Positions 39,862 to 52,542 are shown, counted from the first letter of the stretch. The stretch: DNA of 64,000 nt from Octopus vulgaris (GCA_951406725.2 OX597829.1:38936001-39000000); one strand, 5' to 3'. Numbers and translations are program-made. Notes: generated by a model from the sequence alone, not told the origin.

Positions 39862-41299
39862 CTCTCTAACTCACTGTCTCTCTCCCTATGTTTCACTGTG
39901 TCTCCCTCTTTCGATTACCACTTGATTTGCCTAGACTTCCTCCACCACCATTGTCCTATTATAAACTAGTGCACGCACACGGACCCCCACTCGTTTTCAT
40001 CCCCTGTCGAAGAATAACGGATCGCTTATGCACGGATAAGATAATCTTCTTTCAACCTCGTTTCATCTATTTACTATTTTTGCAGAGATCATTATTTTCT
40101 TACTGTGCTTGAGAAGAGATGCCAAGCTTAGTGAAATTGTAATCGAGGCCAGTGCTGGTGACACGTAAAGGGAACACCTGCCAGTGACATGTTAAAGGCA
40201 CCCAGTACACTTTGTAAAGTGGTTGGCATTGGGAAGGGCATGCAGCTGTAGAAACCAAACCAAAACAGACTGGCATCTGCTATAATTCTCTGGTTTACTA
40301 GTTCTGTCAAACTGAAAGCAGACAGTAAATGGTTTACTAGTTCTGTCAAACTGAAAGCAGACAGTAAATGATGATGATTATGATGATATATGTGTGTATT
40401 TATGTGTGTGTGTGCATGTTACTGTTTTATTGCATTGATATCACATGATAATAGTAAATGAGTGACAGCACCATGCAAGTGGTGTCCATTTCCAATCATG
40501 TGTGAAAACATGCCAGGTCATGAGGAAATATTTCCTTTCTTGGAAAGAGGAAAATCTTGGTTACAGAAAGAACATCTGGGTACAGAAAAATCCACCCCTA
40601 ACAAATATATAAGTGGCTGTGTGATAACGCTTTAATGGGTAAATCAATGAATATGTTGGGTTGAGGAAATGCGTGGACTAAGCACCTCTAACTAGGAAGA
40701 GTGTCTGCTAATCATGGTTTAACAAGAGAGCAAAAAAAAAAAAATAGACTTGAAAAATCTGAGAGTTGTCCGTCAGACAATCTAAGACAAATTTTAGGGA
40801 ATAGAGAAGTGGCTGTGTGATAGCTGAATGAATCAAAGAATATAAGGTAATCTTAGGGAACAACAAGGAGGACGAAACTATCGAAAAGTATATTTACATG
40901 ATGGCATGTTACTGAACTAGACAAGCATAGAAAAGTGTACATTGAAAAGAAAAAAAAAAAACAGAAAAAAAAAATCAACAATACTAAATTTGTGAAGCAG
41001 TCTGTTTGGAAATGTTATCTCATGAAAGCTACGTAATGAAGGTTAATCTATATGACAGGTGGATAACTGTGAATGAGAGATCAAAATCTGAAAGGATTCT
41101 AAAGATCAATAATTCACCAGAGTTATGACAAAGACATTTTTGTTGAAATGTCTCCATATGGCTGTGTAGCTAAGAAGCTTGTTTTTGCAGTGATGTGGTT
41201 TTGAGTTCAATCCTACTGCATAACACCTGGGGCAAGTCCCAGGTTGTCCAATGCCATGCGAGTGAATTTGGAGGATGGAAAATGTATGGATGCCTGTCA

Positions 41300-42050
41300 T
41301 GTGTGTGTGTATGAGAGACAGAGAGAGAGAGAGTGTATGAGAGTGAGTGTGTGTGACAGTGAGTGAGAGTGAGTGTGTATGATAGTGAGTGTGAGTGTAT
41401 ATGAGTGTGAGTGAGCGTGTATATAAGTGTGAGTATGTATGTGTGTGAGTGAGAGTAAGCATGTGTGTGAATGAGTGTGTGTATGAGTGAGAGTGGGTGT
41501 GTATGAGTGAGTGTGTATGAAAGTGAGTGTGTATGAAAGTGAGTGTGTATCAGTGTGAGTGAGTGTGTGTATAAGTGAGAGTGACTGTGTGAGTGAGAGT
41601 GAGAGAGAGCGTGTGTATGTGTGAGTGAGAGTGAGAGAGAGCGTGTGTATGAGAGAGCGTGTGTATGAGAGAGCGTGTGTATGAGAGAGCGTGTGTATGA
41701 GAGAGCGTGTGTATGAGTGAGCGTGTGTATGAGTGAGCGTGTGAATGAGTGAGCGTGTGTATGAGTGAGCGTGTGTATGAGTGAGCGTGTGCATGAGTGA
41801 GCGTGTGCATGAGTGAGCGTGTGCATGAGTGAGCGTGTGCATGAGTGAGCGTGTGCATGAGTGAGCGTGTGCATGAGTGAGCGTGTGCATGAGTGAGCGT
41901 GTGCATGAGTGAGCGTGTGCATGAGTGAGCGTGTGTATGAGTGAGCGTGTGTATGAGTGAGCGTGTGTATGAGTGAGCGTGTGTATGAGTGAGCGTGTGT
42001 ATGAGTGAGCGTGTGTATGAGTGAGTGTGTGTATGAGTGACAGTAAGCGT
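41300..42050. repeat. 16-bp minisatellite ATGAG(T/A)GAGCGTGTG(T/C) grading into degenerate GAGT/GT repeats
   Basis: Period 16 from about 41635 to 42020; SINE A-like head 41155-41300 and tail 42060-42255. Confidence 0.92.
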
Positions 42051-42774
42051 GCGTGTCTTTATAATTGACCCACTGTCACTTGGCAACCAGAGTTGGTTTG
42101 TTTACTTCCCTGTAATTTAATGGTTCAGCAAAAGTGATCATAGAATAAATACAGAACTTTTGAAAATAAGTACTGGAGTCAATTTGTTAAATTAAAATCC
42201 TTCAAGGTACCCTAGTATGGCTACAGTCTAATGACAAACAAGTAAAAGATAAAGAAATTGGTTTATTTGTTGAGAGTAAATTTAATCATTTTCCTACATG
42301 TCCTCTTTCCCCTCACACCTTCAATCCACACTCACTCTTATAATGTAAAATAGTTTTAGGCTCCCCCAGGTTGGGTTTCATCTGAGCATCTTTCAACTTT
42401 TTTCCCCTTTCTCAGTAACCCCTAACATTAATCCCTTTCCTTTCCCCTGTTCCATACCATACTCCTTCCCACAATTAGTGTCTGTCCTACTACTCTCCAC
42501 TACTACATTATAACAACTTAGAAAATCACTCCTTTCATTTTACTTATCACTCCCTTATCACCAAATTTAGAATCAATATATCCTATCTCTTCTATTCTCC
42601 CACTGTTATAAGGACCCACTTTTGTAAGCCACTTAGTCTAGTGCCCTGAGAAATAGCACCCAGTGCCAGTAGTGTAACTAAGGTGGCGGGGGGCATGTAC
42701 CCCAGGTGTCAATTGAAGAGAGGTACAGATTGAAGTGGGGTGCCTCATAAAAAGTAAGAAAGATGAGACTTTAA

Positions 42775-42995
42775 CCCTTTCATTACCAACCCGGCTGAAA
42801 CTGCCTCTGGTTCTGTAGTACAAATGTCTTGTTTTCATAAGTTTTGAATTAAAATCTTCCACCAAACCTTAGTCACAGTTTATGTTCCTAACACTAGCTT
42901 AATGATAACTAAGTTATTTTACTAAATTCTTTGTTATATTTAAAGTAACTGAAAGAAACACAGAGCATCTTAAAATAGATACAGTAACGAAAGGG
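42775..42995. mobile_element. piggyBac-type MITE
   Basis: TTAA|CCCTTTCATTAC...GTAACGAAAGGG|TTAA. Confidence 0.88.
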
Positions 42996-43429
42996 TTAAA
43001 CAATCGTTTTTTTTTTTATTTTTAATTACAATTCATTTCACATGGTAGGTTTTTTAATGATGCAATCGGGGAAGCTGGTGCATTAAATGGTTAGAATCAG
43101 GAGGTTTCATAAAAATAACCATTCAAAAAATATATTTTGAAATACAGGCTGTACCGAACTGGCAAGTAAATGAACTCTGGTAAAGTATTTATTCCTAATT
43201 AATTACTTGTAACAGATAAGTACTATATAATTCATCACAATCTGCTGGAGTGTGGTTTTCATGATATAATTACACACCATGCAGTTAAAGAGAAGAAATT
43301 ATTTAAATTAGTCATCACTCATTTTACCCAACTTTAGTTATTTCTTAGAAACTCGAAAATGATCAAATTAGATAGTGTGGGGGAAAAAAACTGACTTGAA
43401 ATCCAACAGTGAAAACAATATTAAATAGT

Positions 43430-43846
43430 TATTTCTTTATTACCCACAAGGAGGCTAAACACAGAGGGGACAAACAAGGACAGACAAAGGGATTAAGTCG
43501 ATTACATCGACCCCAGTGCATAACTAGTACTTAATTTATCGACCCCGAAAGGATGAAAGGCAAAGTCGACCTCGGCAGAATTTGAACTCAGAACGTAGCG
43601 GCAGACGAAATACCTATTTCTTTACTACCCACAAGGGGCTAAACACAGAAGGGGCAAATAATAACAGAAATGGATTAAGTCAATAACATCGACCCCAGTG
43701 CGTAACTAGTACATAATTTATCAATCCCGAAAGGATGAAAGGTAAAGTCGACCTCGGCGGAATTTGAACTCAGAACGTAATGCCAGACGAAATACGGCTG
43801 TGCATTTCGCCTGGCATGCTAACGTTTCTGCCAGCTTGCCGCCTTT
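43430..43846 (-). mobile_element. Head-to-tail dimer of SINE family B
   Basis: Two tails (43430, 43615), one head (43843); outer direct repeat TAAATAGTT. Confidence 0.85.
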
Positions 43847-44017
43847 CAATATAAATAGTTAAAACACCAAAAATTATCCATAAATTTTATTTGCAACTTT
43901 AATTGTAATCAGGTCAAAGATGAAGAAAAATTTCTTTAAAAAGAAAATAAAAAAAATAAGTACATGTCACTAGAATATGTTTCGAACCCTCAACAACTAT
44001 GCTGACCAACTTTTAAC

Positions 44018-44436
44018 GGATCTTTTCGGTTTGAACAGCAGTTTTTTTCTAGCAGTGTCATATGAAATTGTCACCCATAATTATGATCCTAGTTTCGATC
44101 TATTGCATTTCAATCTGTTTTAGGGTTAGAGTTGGGGGTTGGGTAAAGGTATCTTTTTTTCTTCCCAAATGTAAATAAACCCAATCTGTTTCTTAAACGA
44201 GGGACATATTCATACGGCTCAGAATGTTTTGTTTTTTTTTTTACCTCAATAGACGTCATTGATTGGTTGAAATTGAAGAAAAAGAACAACAAATATGTTA
44301 TAAACTACAGAATTTTCTCAATAAAGCCAAGAGAAAAAAATGTTTTATAAACACATTCTACCAATATACGAAGTTTTTAAATTTTTTAGTTACCTAGAAA
44401 TTATTTTTAAAAACTGCCGTTCAAACCGAAAAGATC
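44018..44436 (+). mobile_element. ~420-bp MITE with ~28-bp TIRs (GGATCTTTTCGGTTTGAAC(G/A)GCAGTTTT) and internal TTAGGG-like motif
   Basis: TIRs at both ends; second copy at 45119-45529. Confidence 0.85.
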
Positions 44437-45118
44437 CCTTCAAAATTAATGATGCAGTATTTGCAATGTAATGATTTCAAACATTTTACCCCGGTTACTA
44501 ATTTCCTTAACCCTACAAATTCTTTTAAATGTGCATTAATTTTAAAGCTTTCATTCAGCCAATGCCTTGCGTGTGATATTTGGTACACGAAAACCGTGTG
44601 CTTGTACGCGCGTGAGCGCACGCTGTTAATTGCATCATTCCATTTCGGTTATCTCCTTTTAAACCCATTTGGCTTTGCCCAAATACTGGTCTTATCTTCC
44701 TATTCCGGAAGGAAAACAAAATTTTGAAGTCAAAATAATCGACTAAAACCCTTGAAGGCGATAAAGCCAAAATATCTGCAATCCAATGAACTAAATAAAA
44801 TAAAAAAAAAAAAAAAGAAACTAACAGTTATCAATTAATAAAACGAAAACTGAAACACCAAGAAGAGGATAGAGGGAGGGAACTGATGAGCTATCAAGGG
44901 ACGCAATTTTGTATGACTGCAGAGTTATCTCCCTTAAAACGACCTACTGGAGAACAGACGGGGTATTTCAGTTTTTTTTACATTGTTGAATAATATTGAA
45001 TTTATCAATAAATTTCATCATAATTAATGAAGCTACTATATTGTAAAATTGCTAATTATATTGAAATTATCTGCAACACTCAAGATTAATTTTTTATAGG
45101 TTTATCTCAAAAACTTAT

Positions 45119-45529
45119 AATCTTTTCGGTTTGAATGGCAGTTTTTTAAAATAATTTCTAGGTAACTAAAAAATTTTAAACTTCATATACCGGTAGAATG
45201 TGTTTATAAAACATCATTTTCTCTTGGCTTTATTGAGAAAATTCTATAGTTTGTAAGATATTTGTTGGTTTTTTTTCTCCAATTTCTGCAATTTTCAACC
45301 AGTCAATGACGTCTATTGAGGTAAAAAAACATTCTGTGCCATATGAATATGTCCCTCGTTTAAGAAACAGATTGGGTTTATTTACATTTGTGAAGAAAAA
45401 AAGATACCCTTCCCCCACCCCTAACCCTAAAACAGATTGAAATGCAATAGATCGATACTAGGGTCATAATTATGGGTGACAATTTCATGACACCGCTAGA
45501 AAAAACTGCCATTCAAAACGAAAAGATCC
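45119..45529 (-). mobile_element. Second copy of the same MITE in opposite orientation
   Basis: Reverse-complement homology; TCAAAAACT on both flanks suggests a ~9-bp TSD (Mutator/Merlin-like, unresolved). Confidence 0.85.
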
Positions 45530-45893
45530 TCAAAAACTATTTGCATTTTTTTTCTTTAGATATTGCATTACATGTATCAGTAAGATACATCAAAGTATGT
45601 ATGCATACAAGATATATACAAATAATGTATATAAGATAATATTGTGTAAATTGTCATCATTCAAAATGAGGTGCTTTCACGGAATTCTTGGTGTTCTGAG
45701 TCCTCTTGACTAATGCAAATCAACAGAAGAAGAACAACCCTTAACCACTAAAAACAAGTTTTTTTTTTTTTTTTTGTTATAATATCTCTACAGATTTCCT
45801 ATAGGATATACAGCCAGTAACTGAACGCTATGACATTTTGCATACAAATATGCCTGTGTAAACATTGTGGCCTTTAATATACAAAGAAATAGC

Positions 45894-46113
45894 TATTTCT
45901 TTACTACCCACAAGGGGCTAAACACAGAGAAGACAAACGGATTAAGTCGATTATATCGCCCCCAGTGCGTAACTGGTACTTATTTAATCGACCCCGAAAG
46001 GATGAAAGGCAAAGTCGAATTCGGCGGAATTTGAACTCAGAACGTAGCGGCAGACGAAATACTTCTAAGCATTTCGCCTGGCGTGCTTAACGTTTCTGCC
46101 AGCTCACCGCCTT
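45894..46113 (-). mobile_element. SINE family B
   Basis: Homology to 3061-3291. Confidence 0.85.
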
Positions 46114-46794
46114 CAGATACAAAGTAATACCAGTTACATACTGGGTTTGATCTGATCAACTGCCCCTCACCCCCAAAATTTCAGGCCTAGTGTAGAAAAG
46201 AATACACATAGTAGTATATTATAATTTGCAGTAGAGTGAGAAGGAACTCTGGTTTTGTTTAAACATGTTTGTTTGCCAATCATGGTTATTTTATAGGCAA
46301 TACCACGTTTCTATCAGCAATTATTATTAATAGACAAATATTTTAAAATAATAATGATGCAAACGTTATTAAGTGTGTTGTGGCAGCGATGTTCTCTGTT
46401 TTTATATTGAGAATATTTTCATTCAAAATTTAATATTTCCTCTTGTTTAGTCATAGAAAACTATTCAAATGCAGAAATAACTAAAAATAAGGAGTCTGTG
46501 GAGAAGCGAATGTCGTCTACATTACAACTTAATTATTTGACAAAAAGTAAAATTAGGAAAACAAACAAAGATTAACACAGTTGCATTTCCTCAAATGCAA
46601 TGATAATACAGCTTCATAGTAATTGAGGAAAAGGGAAATAAAACAAAATATAATTAGGGGCTAGCCTAAATAAAAATAGAAATATAACATTTGTAAAAAA
46701 AAAAAACGAAATCAAATTGGTAAATACTGAAATAAGTTTAAAAAAATAGAACATGGGGTGTAATGAGTAGTAGTTGTAACAACAACAAGAACAA

Positions 46795-47265
46795 TAATAA
46801 TAATAATAATAATAATAATAATCCTGTCACCTATAGGCACATGGCCTGAAATTTTGGGGTAGGGGTTAAATCAATTACATCAACCCCAGTAGTCAACTGG
46901 TGCTTAATTTATTGATCCCAAAAGAATGAAAGGCAAAGTAGACCCCAGCAGAATTTGAACTCAGAATGTATAGGCGACGAAATGCCGCTAAGCATTTTGC
47001 CCAGCATGCTAATGATTCTGCCAGCTCACTATCTTTATGATAATAATAATAATAATAATCCTTTCTTCTATAGGTACAAGGCCCCAAATTTTGGGAGAGA
47101 GTGGGAGTGGATGGTCAATTACATCGATTCCTGATCTCAGCATGTCTGAAAGGATGAAAAGCAAAGTCAACCTTGGTGAAATTTGAACTCAGAACATAAA
47201 GACAAGCAAAATGCCACTAAGTATTTTGTCTGGCATGCTAATGATTCTGCCAGTTTGCCACTTTA
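46795..47265 (-). mobile_element. Two adjacent SINE family B variants with (ATT)n-ending tails
   Basis: (AAT)n-CCT..CTATAGG(C/T)ACA tails followed by the B central domain and head. Confidence 0.75.
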
Positions 47266-47279
47266 GTGATAATTCTTTT

Positions 47280-47630
47280 ATTCGTTTCAGTCATTTTGAC
47301 CGTGGCCATGCTGGAGCACCACCTTTAGTTGAGCAAATCGACCCCCAAGACTTATTCTTTGTAAGCCTAGTACTTGTTCTATCGGTCCTTTTTGCCAAAC
47401 CACTAAGTTACGGGGCCGTAAACACACCAGCATCGATTGTCAAGCAATGTTGGGACACACACACACACACAAACATATACACACATATACATATGTGTGT
47501 GTATATATATATACACGATGTACTTCTTTTAGTTTCCATCTACCAGATCCACTCGCAAGACTTTGGTCAGCCTGAGGCTATAGTAGAAGGCACTTACCCA
47601 AGGTGCCACGCAGTGGGACTGAACCTGGAA
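47280..47630 (-). mobile_element. SINE family A, 5'-truncated
   Basis: Homology to other copies. Confidence 0.85.
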
Positions 47631-47974
47631 GAGTTTTATTTTAACATAGTTCAAGAAGTTCATAGGGTTAATTTATGCACATATAAATATATATATATAC
47701 ATTTACATATATACATACACACCCATACATACATACATACATACATACACACACACATGCATGTACATATGGATGTATACACTTATAACAGAATTAGTTA
47801 TTAGTAGTTGTAGTACAAGGAAATAACATACAGGGTTCTGTGATCTGTAGGCTGAAACAGCTGTAAGAAATTGCTCTTCTTTCTCTTTTCTCTATTCTAG
47901 AAATTACTAATACTTTACACATATTCATATATTTTCTGAACTGTTTAAAATAAATAAATAGACATAAATAAATA

Positions 47975-48735
47975 AGCGCAAGAGTGGCTGTGTGGTAAGT
48001 AGCTTGCTTACCAACCACATGGTTCCGGGTTCAGTCCCACTGCGTGACATCTTGGGCAGGTGTCTTCTGCTATAGCCTCGGGCCGACCAATGCCTTGAGA
48101 GTGGATTTCGTAGATGGAAACTGAAAGAAGCCTGTCGTATATATGTATATATAGGCGCAGGAGTGGCTGGGTGGTAAGCAGCTTGCTAACCAACCACATG
48201 ATTCCGGGTTCAGTCCCACTGCGTTGCATCTTGGGCAAGTGTCTTCTGCTATAGCCTCAGGCCTACCAATGCCTTGAGAGTGGATTTGGTAGACGGAAAC
48301 TGAAAGAAGCCTGTCGTATATATGTATATATAGGCGCAGGAGTGGCTGTGTGGTAAGCAGCTTGCTAACCAACCACATGGTTCCGGGTTCAGTCCCACTG
48401 CGTGGCATCTTGGGCAAGTGTCTTCTGCTATAGCCCCGGGCTGACCAATGCCATGTGAGTGGATTTGGTAGATGTAAACAGAAAGAAGTCTGTCGTATAT
48501 ATGTATATATATATATATGTGTATGTGTTTGTGTGCCTGTGTTTGTCCCCCTAGCATTGCTTGACTACCGATGCTGGTGTGTTTACGTCCCCGTCACTTA
48601 GCGGTTTGGCAAAAGAGACCGATAGAATAAGTACTGGGCTTACAAAGAATAAGTCCCGGGGTCGATTTGCTCGACTAAAGGCGGTGCTCCAGCATGGCCG
48701 CAGTCAAATGACTGAAACAAGTAAAAGAGAAAGAG
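47975..48735 (+). mobile_element. SINE family A with its 179-bp 5' half triplicated in tandem
   Basis: Heads start at 47975, 48154 and 48333; a single 3' half follows. Confidence 0.9.
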
Positions 48736-48987
48736 AAAAGAGATAAAGACGTAATAAAATGTCTAATTACAGATGAAAACTACCTCTGGATTCCCTCCAT
48801 TTTCTTTGTTCCATATAAATTAAGGGTAAAACCACTTATTACCCTCGCCTAATTATTATACTCAGTAGGGTAGTTGCCATGCAATAACCATCACTTGTGT
48901 ATTATTAATTAGATATTATACCAACAGTATATTGGATAGATACTATCCCTTAGTCGGTTGGACTCACAACCTCTAACTTACTTTCTA

Positions 48988-49078
<91 letters not shown>

Positions 49079-49467
49079 ATATAATCAAGGATAAAATCTA
49101 TATAGGATTTAATCCGGTAGCTAGCATGTAAAACCTTACGGGTATGAATTAACACAGAGAATATAACTTTTTATAAAAATTATACGGGCAAACTACAGGC
49201 TAGAAGATATCAAATGACTATAGATATGCAAGCACATATGCGCATACACACAAACACACTCACAAAAGCTTTATGAATAAACATTTAAAAAGCTGCAGCT
49301 CATAAGACAAAGTTGATATTTATAAGGCGATAAAATGGACTTCAAATTTTTTTAAATAGTAATAAATCCAAATCATGTTTAAAACAAAAGGCAAAAAAAA
49401 TAAAGTAAATAATATAAAATGAAATAAAATGTGCAGAAGGAAACGGAAGGGTGAAAGCTTAACTTAC

Positions 49468-49653
49468 CATGGTATCAAGCTTTTCTTTCCTTTCTTCAAG
49501 GCTTAAGTGAGACAAGAGTTCCTTCCCCTTTTCTTTGGCATTCGTAACAATTTCTTCATCGAAGTTTGACACGTTCATCATAACTTTGGCTTTGCAGTTT
49601 GGAAGATTTCCTCCACAGTCAGAGTCATCGGAATTGTCGCTCTTCTCTTCATG
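49468..49653 (-). CDS. Internal coding exon (62 codons, phase 0/0) of an unidentified gene: HEEKSDNSDDSDCGGNLPNCKAKVMMNVSNFDEEIVTNAKEKGKELLSHLSLEERKEKLDTM
   Basis: Minus strand: branch-like ACTAAC about 27 nt upstream, pyrimidine-rich tract, CAG acceptor (49654-49656), open 186-nt frame, ATG|GTAAGT donor (49467-49462); unique sequence with protein-like composition. Confidence 0.75.
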
Positions 49654-50404
49654 CTGTCGACCAGATAAACAGAGAGACGTTAGTTATATGGAATACTATA
49701 GAATGTTATTTTGTTAGATATATTGTTAAAAGAAAATACATTCCAAGGAAAGATTTGAAGATTCGTGTTGGGAAAAAAAATAACACACTGAAGTTTATTC
49801 GTTGTCTGTAAGATCGTATGTTGCGCGTGAGAAAAAGTGGTATTTCCAGTGTGATACTGTCTCTTTCTCACACAACTGAGGGAGCAGTTTCAAAACACAA
49901 GATTCCTTTCATTATATATCTATATACATATATACACACATACACGTTATATTACACACACAAACACACGTTATTAATAATCAGCAAGAGACAGTTTTTC
50001 TGCCTCTCCCATCTTGCATACAGCCACCCTTCTTTTCATTTCATTCCAATGGTTGGCAGGGAACCCCTTTTCATTTCATTCCATACTGGGTGGGCAGAGA
50101 ATCCCCTACAGCCAACCTCTACTGGGGAAAGACATGATTGCCATCCCTTCTCCATGCAATCCTGCAGAAGTCTCTCATATTTGGTTCACTTCCATTCATA
50201 GGACTGATCAGGACTTTTGACCCACAGGACTGTAAGGTCAATCAAGATTATTTTCTTTGTGTTTTTAGACAACAAAGCTATGTCCAGCTTCAGAGTTGTA
50301 AGGACAGCTTGGGGAAACTGCAGTCTTTCTTTCAGGTCCATTTTCATGTCCCATGATTGGGACCAATGCAGTAAGCTATATATATAGAGAGTAAAGATCA
50401 ACTT

Positions 50405-50692
50405 TAGTCATGAATGAAAGTTACCCTCCAAGGTACATGGCTGGGCAAGATTGTCTCCAAAAGACCAGCAGTTGTCCATGCATACCAGCCACCCCTTTCC
50501 ACACCACCAATGATATCCAAGGGAAAGACAAAGGTCGATACAGCTTGGGACCAGTGACATCACAACTCATTTCTACAGCTGAGTTAACTGGAGTGTCTTG
50601 CTCAAGAACAAAACACAAAGCCCAGTCCAGGAATCGAATTCACTATTCCATGATTATGAACCCAGCATTCTAACCACAGAGTCATGCGCCTT
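50405..50692 (-). mobile_element. SINE family C
   Basis: Homology to 3937-4256. Confidence 0.75.
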
Positions 50693-50830
50693 CAATATAC
50701 ATACATATATTCACACATACACACACACATGTATGCATGCATGCATACATACATACATACATGTGTGCATGAGGTAAAGTCACTGTAATTACTGCTGTAT
50801 CCTTTTTATTACTATTATTGTTAAAATACA

Positions 50831-51375
50831 CATCATTGTTCGACCGTGGTCGAGACAATGGAATTTACTATGTTACGCCAGACCTCACAGTCCATCATAG
50901 CATTATGGAGGTCCTGTCACTGGATGCCTGTATCCCTGGAGATTACATCAGGGTAAGAGAGTGTGCGCCCTCTCGTATTGCGAGCAGATGGCTTCCAGAG
51001 GAGGAGAGTAGAAATTACCTCGTTTTCAGCTCTACAACAATGTCCAGTAAACTGGACTCTTCTACCTTTCACAAGAGATGATACAGGTGGTAATTTCCCA
51101 TATATTTGTACTTTGGTTGGATGATGCTTCCACGAGATATTTTGAGCTCTCATAAGGAGGCAAGTGTAAGTTCCATCCAACCGCCTCTCAAGCTTATTTA
51201 ATAACGTCCAGGTTTCTGAGCCATATAGTAGAATTGGTTCGATTGTGGCTTTGAAGATTTTAAGTTTGAAATCTCTACTTAGATTTGATGCATATCATAC
51301 CAGGCTGACCAGGCCATACCCTTTCTAGTTAGAAAATCTCTTTCAGATGATGATATGTATGACCCAAGATATTTG
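50831..51375 (-). mobile_element. 5'-truncated RTE-like LINE (same family as 34968)
   Basis: KYLGSYISSSERDFLTRKGMAW, ATIEPILLYGSETWT, DGTYTCLLMRAQNISWKHHPT. Confidence 0.85.
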
Positions 51376-51784
51376 TAATAAATAAAACCATATAAAATAC
51401 ACAGCTTTTGTGTCAATTCTGAAAATCAGAATTTATCAAAATGACTGCCATTATTATTAACATGGAATTTTGATGGAAATTTTTAATTTAGATAATGTTA
51501 AAACAATAATTTTGTATCAGAAAATTAGGGGCTGTCTTGGCTGCCTTGGTATCAGAAGGGTTAATGCAGTTCTTGCTGGAATATTTGATAATGTGCAGGT
51601 AAAAACAAATACCACAAGGTACTTGGCCCAACGTAATTCTGCTTATGGCATCTAACACACGTATGATTGTGTGTGTGTGTGTGTGTGTGCATGTACATTT
51701 ATATTCACACATTCACATATACACATAAGCATACACACACACACACAAATATGCATAAATAAATATACATTCATGAATAGATTC

Positions 51785-51815
<31 letters not shown>

Positions 51816-52473
51816 TTTATAGACGTGTGTACACATACATATATAAATATATAAATAAATTGTACACATGTATATACACGTGTACACATACACATATGCA
51901 ATATAAAGAGCACCAATAATAATGATTAATAATTAATTGATTTTTATACAGCAACAACAATCTGCATGAGAAATAATTAAAGAGTGGAATATTACAAATT
52001 CAAATAATAGAAATGACTTCTTATGATGATGATGATGATGATGACGATAAAGCTGACAATGATGGAGATGATAAGAATAATGCTGACAATGATGGCAGTG
52101 ATGATGATGATGATGATGACAATGATATTAAAGTTTATAATGGTGGAGTTGATGATGATGATGGTGAATTGGTGATGATAGTTGTGGAGATGTTGATGAT
52201 GCTAATTGCTATTGGGATAGCAAGAATATTATAATACAAAAATATTAACCATAATAATCCTTTCTACTACAGGCACAAGGTCTGAAATTTTGCAAGGGAA
52301 GGGCTAGCCAATTACACCGAGCCCAGTGCTTGACTGGCACCTAATTTATCAATCCCAAAAGGTTGGAAAGCAAAGTCAACCTCAGTGGAATTCGAATTTA
52401 GAAGCAAAAGACAGATGAAATGTTTCTAAGCATTTCATCCAGCATGCTAATAATTCTGCCAGCTCACCACCTA

Positions 52474-52508
<35 letters not shown>

Positions 52509-52542
52509 CATTATTATTATTATCATTATCATAATTATTTAT

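Noticed and set aside
39104-42086. His/Thr-rich and Cys/Val-rich ORFs
   Set aside because: Translations of (CA)n and the 16-bp minisatellite
44118-44145. Interstitial telomere (TTAGGG)
   Set aside because: Only one or two units, internal to a MITE and present in both copies
44883-44940. Another hammerhead at CTGATGAG
   Set aside because: No stem II followed by GAAA downstream; the same applies to CTGATGA at about 2947 and 38200
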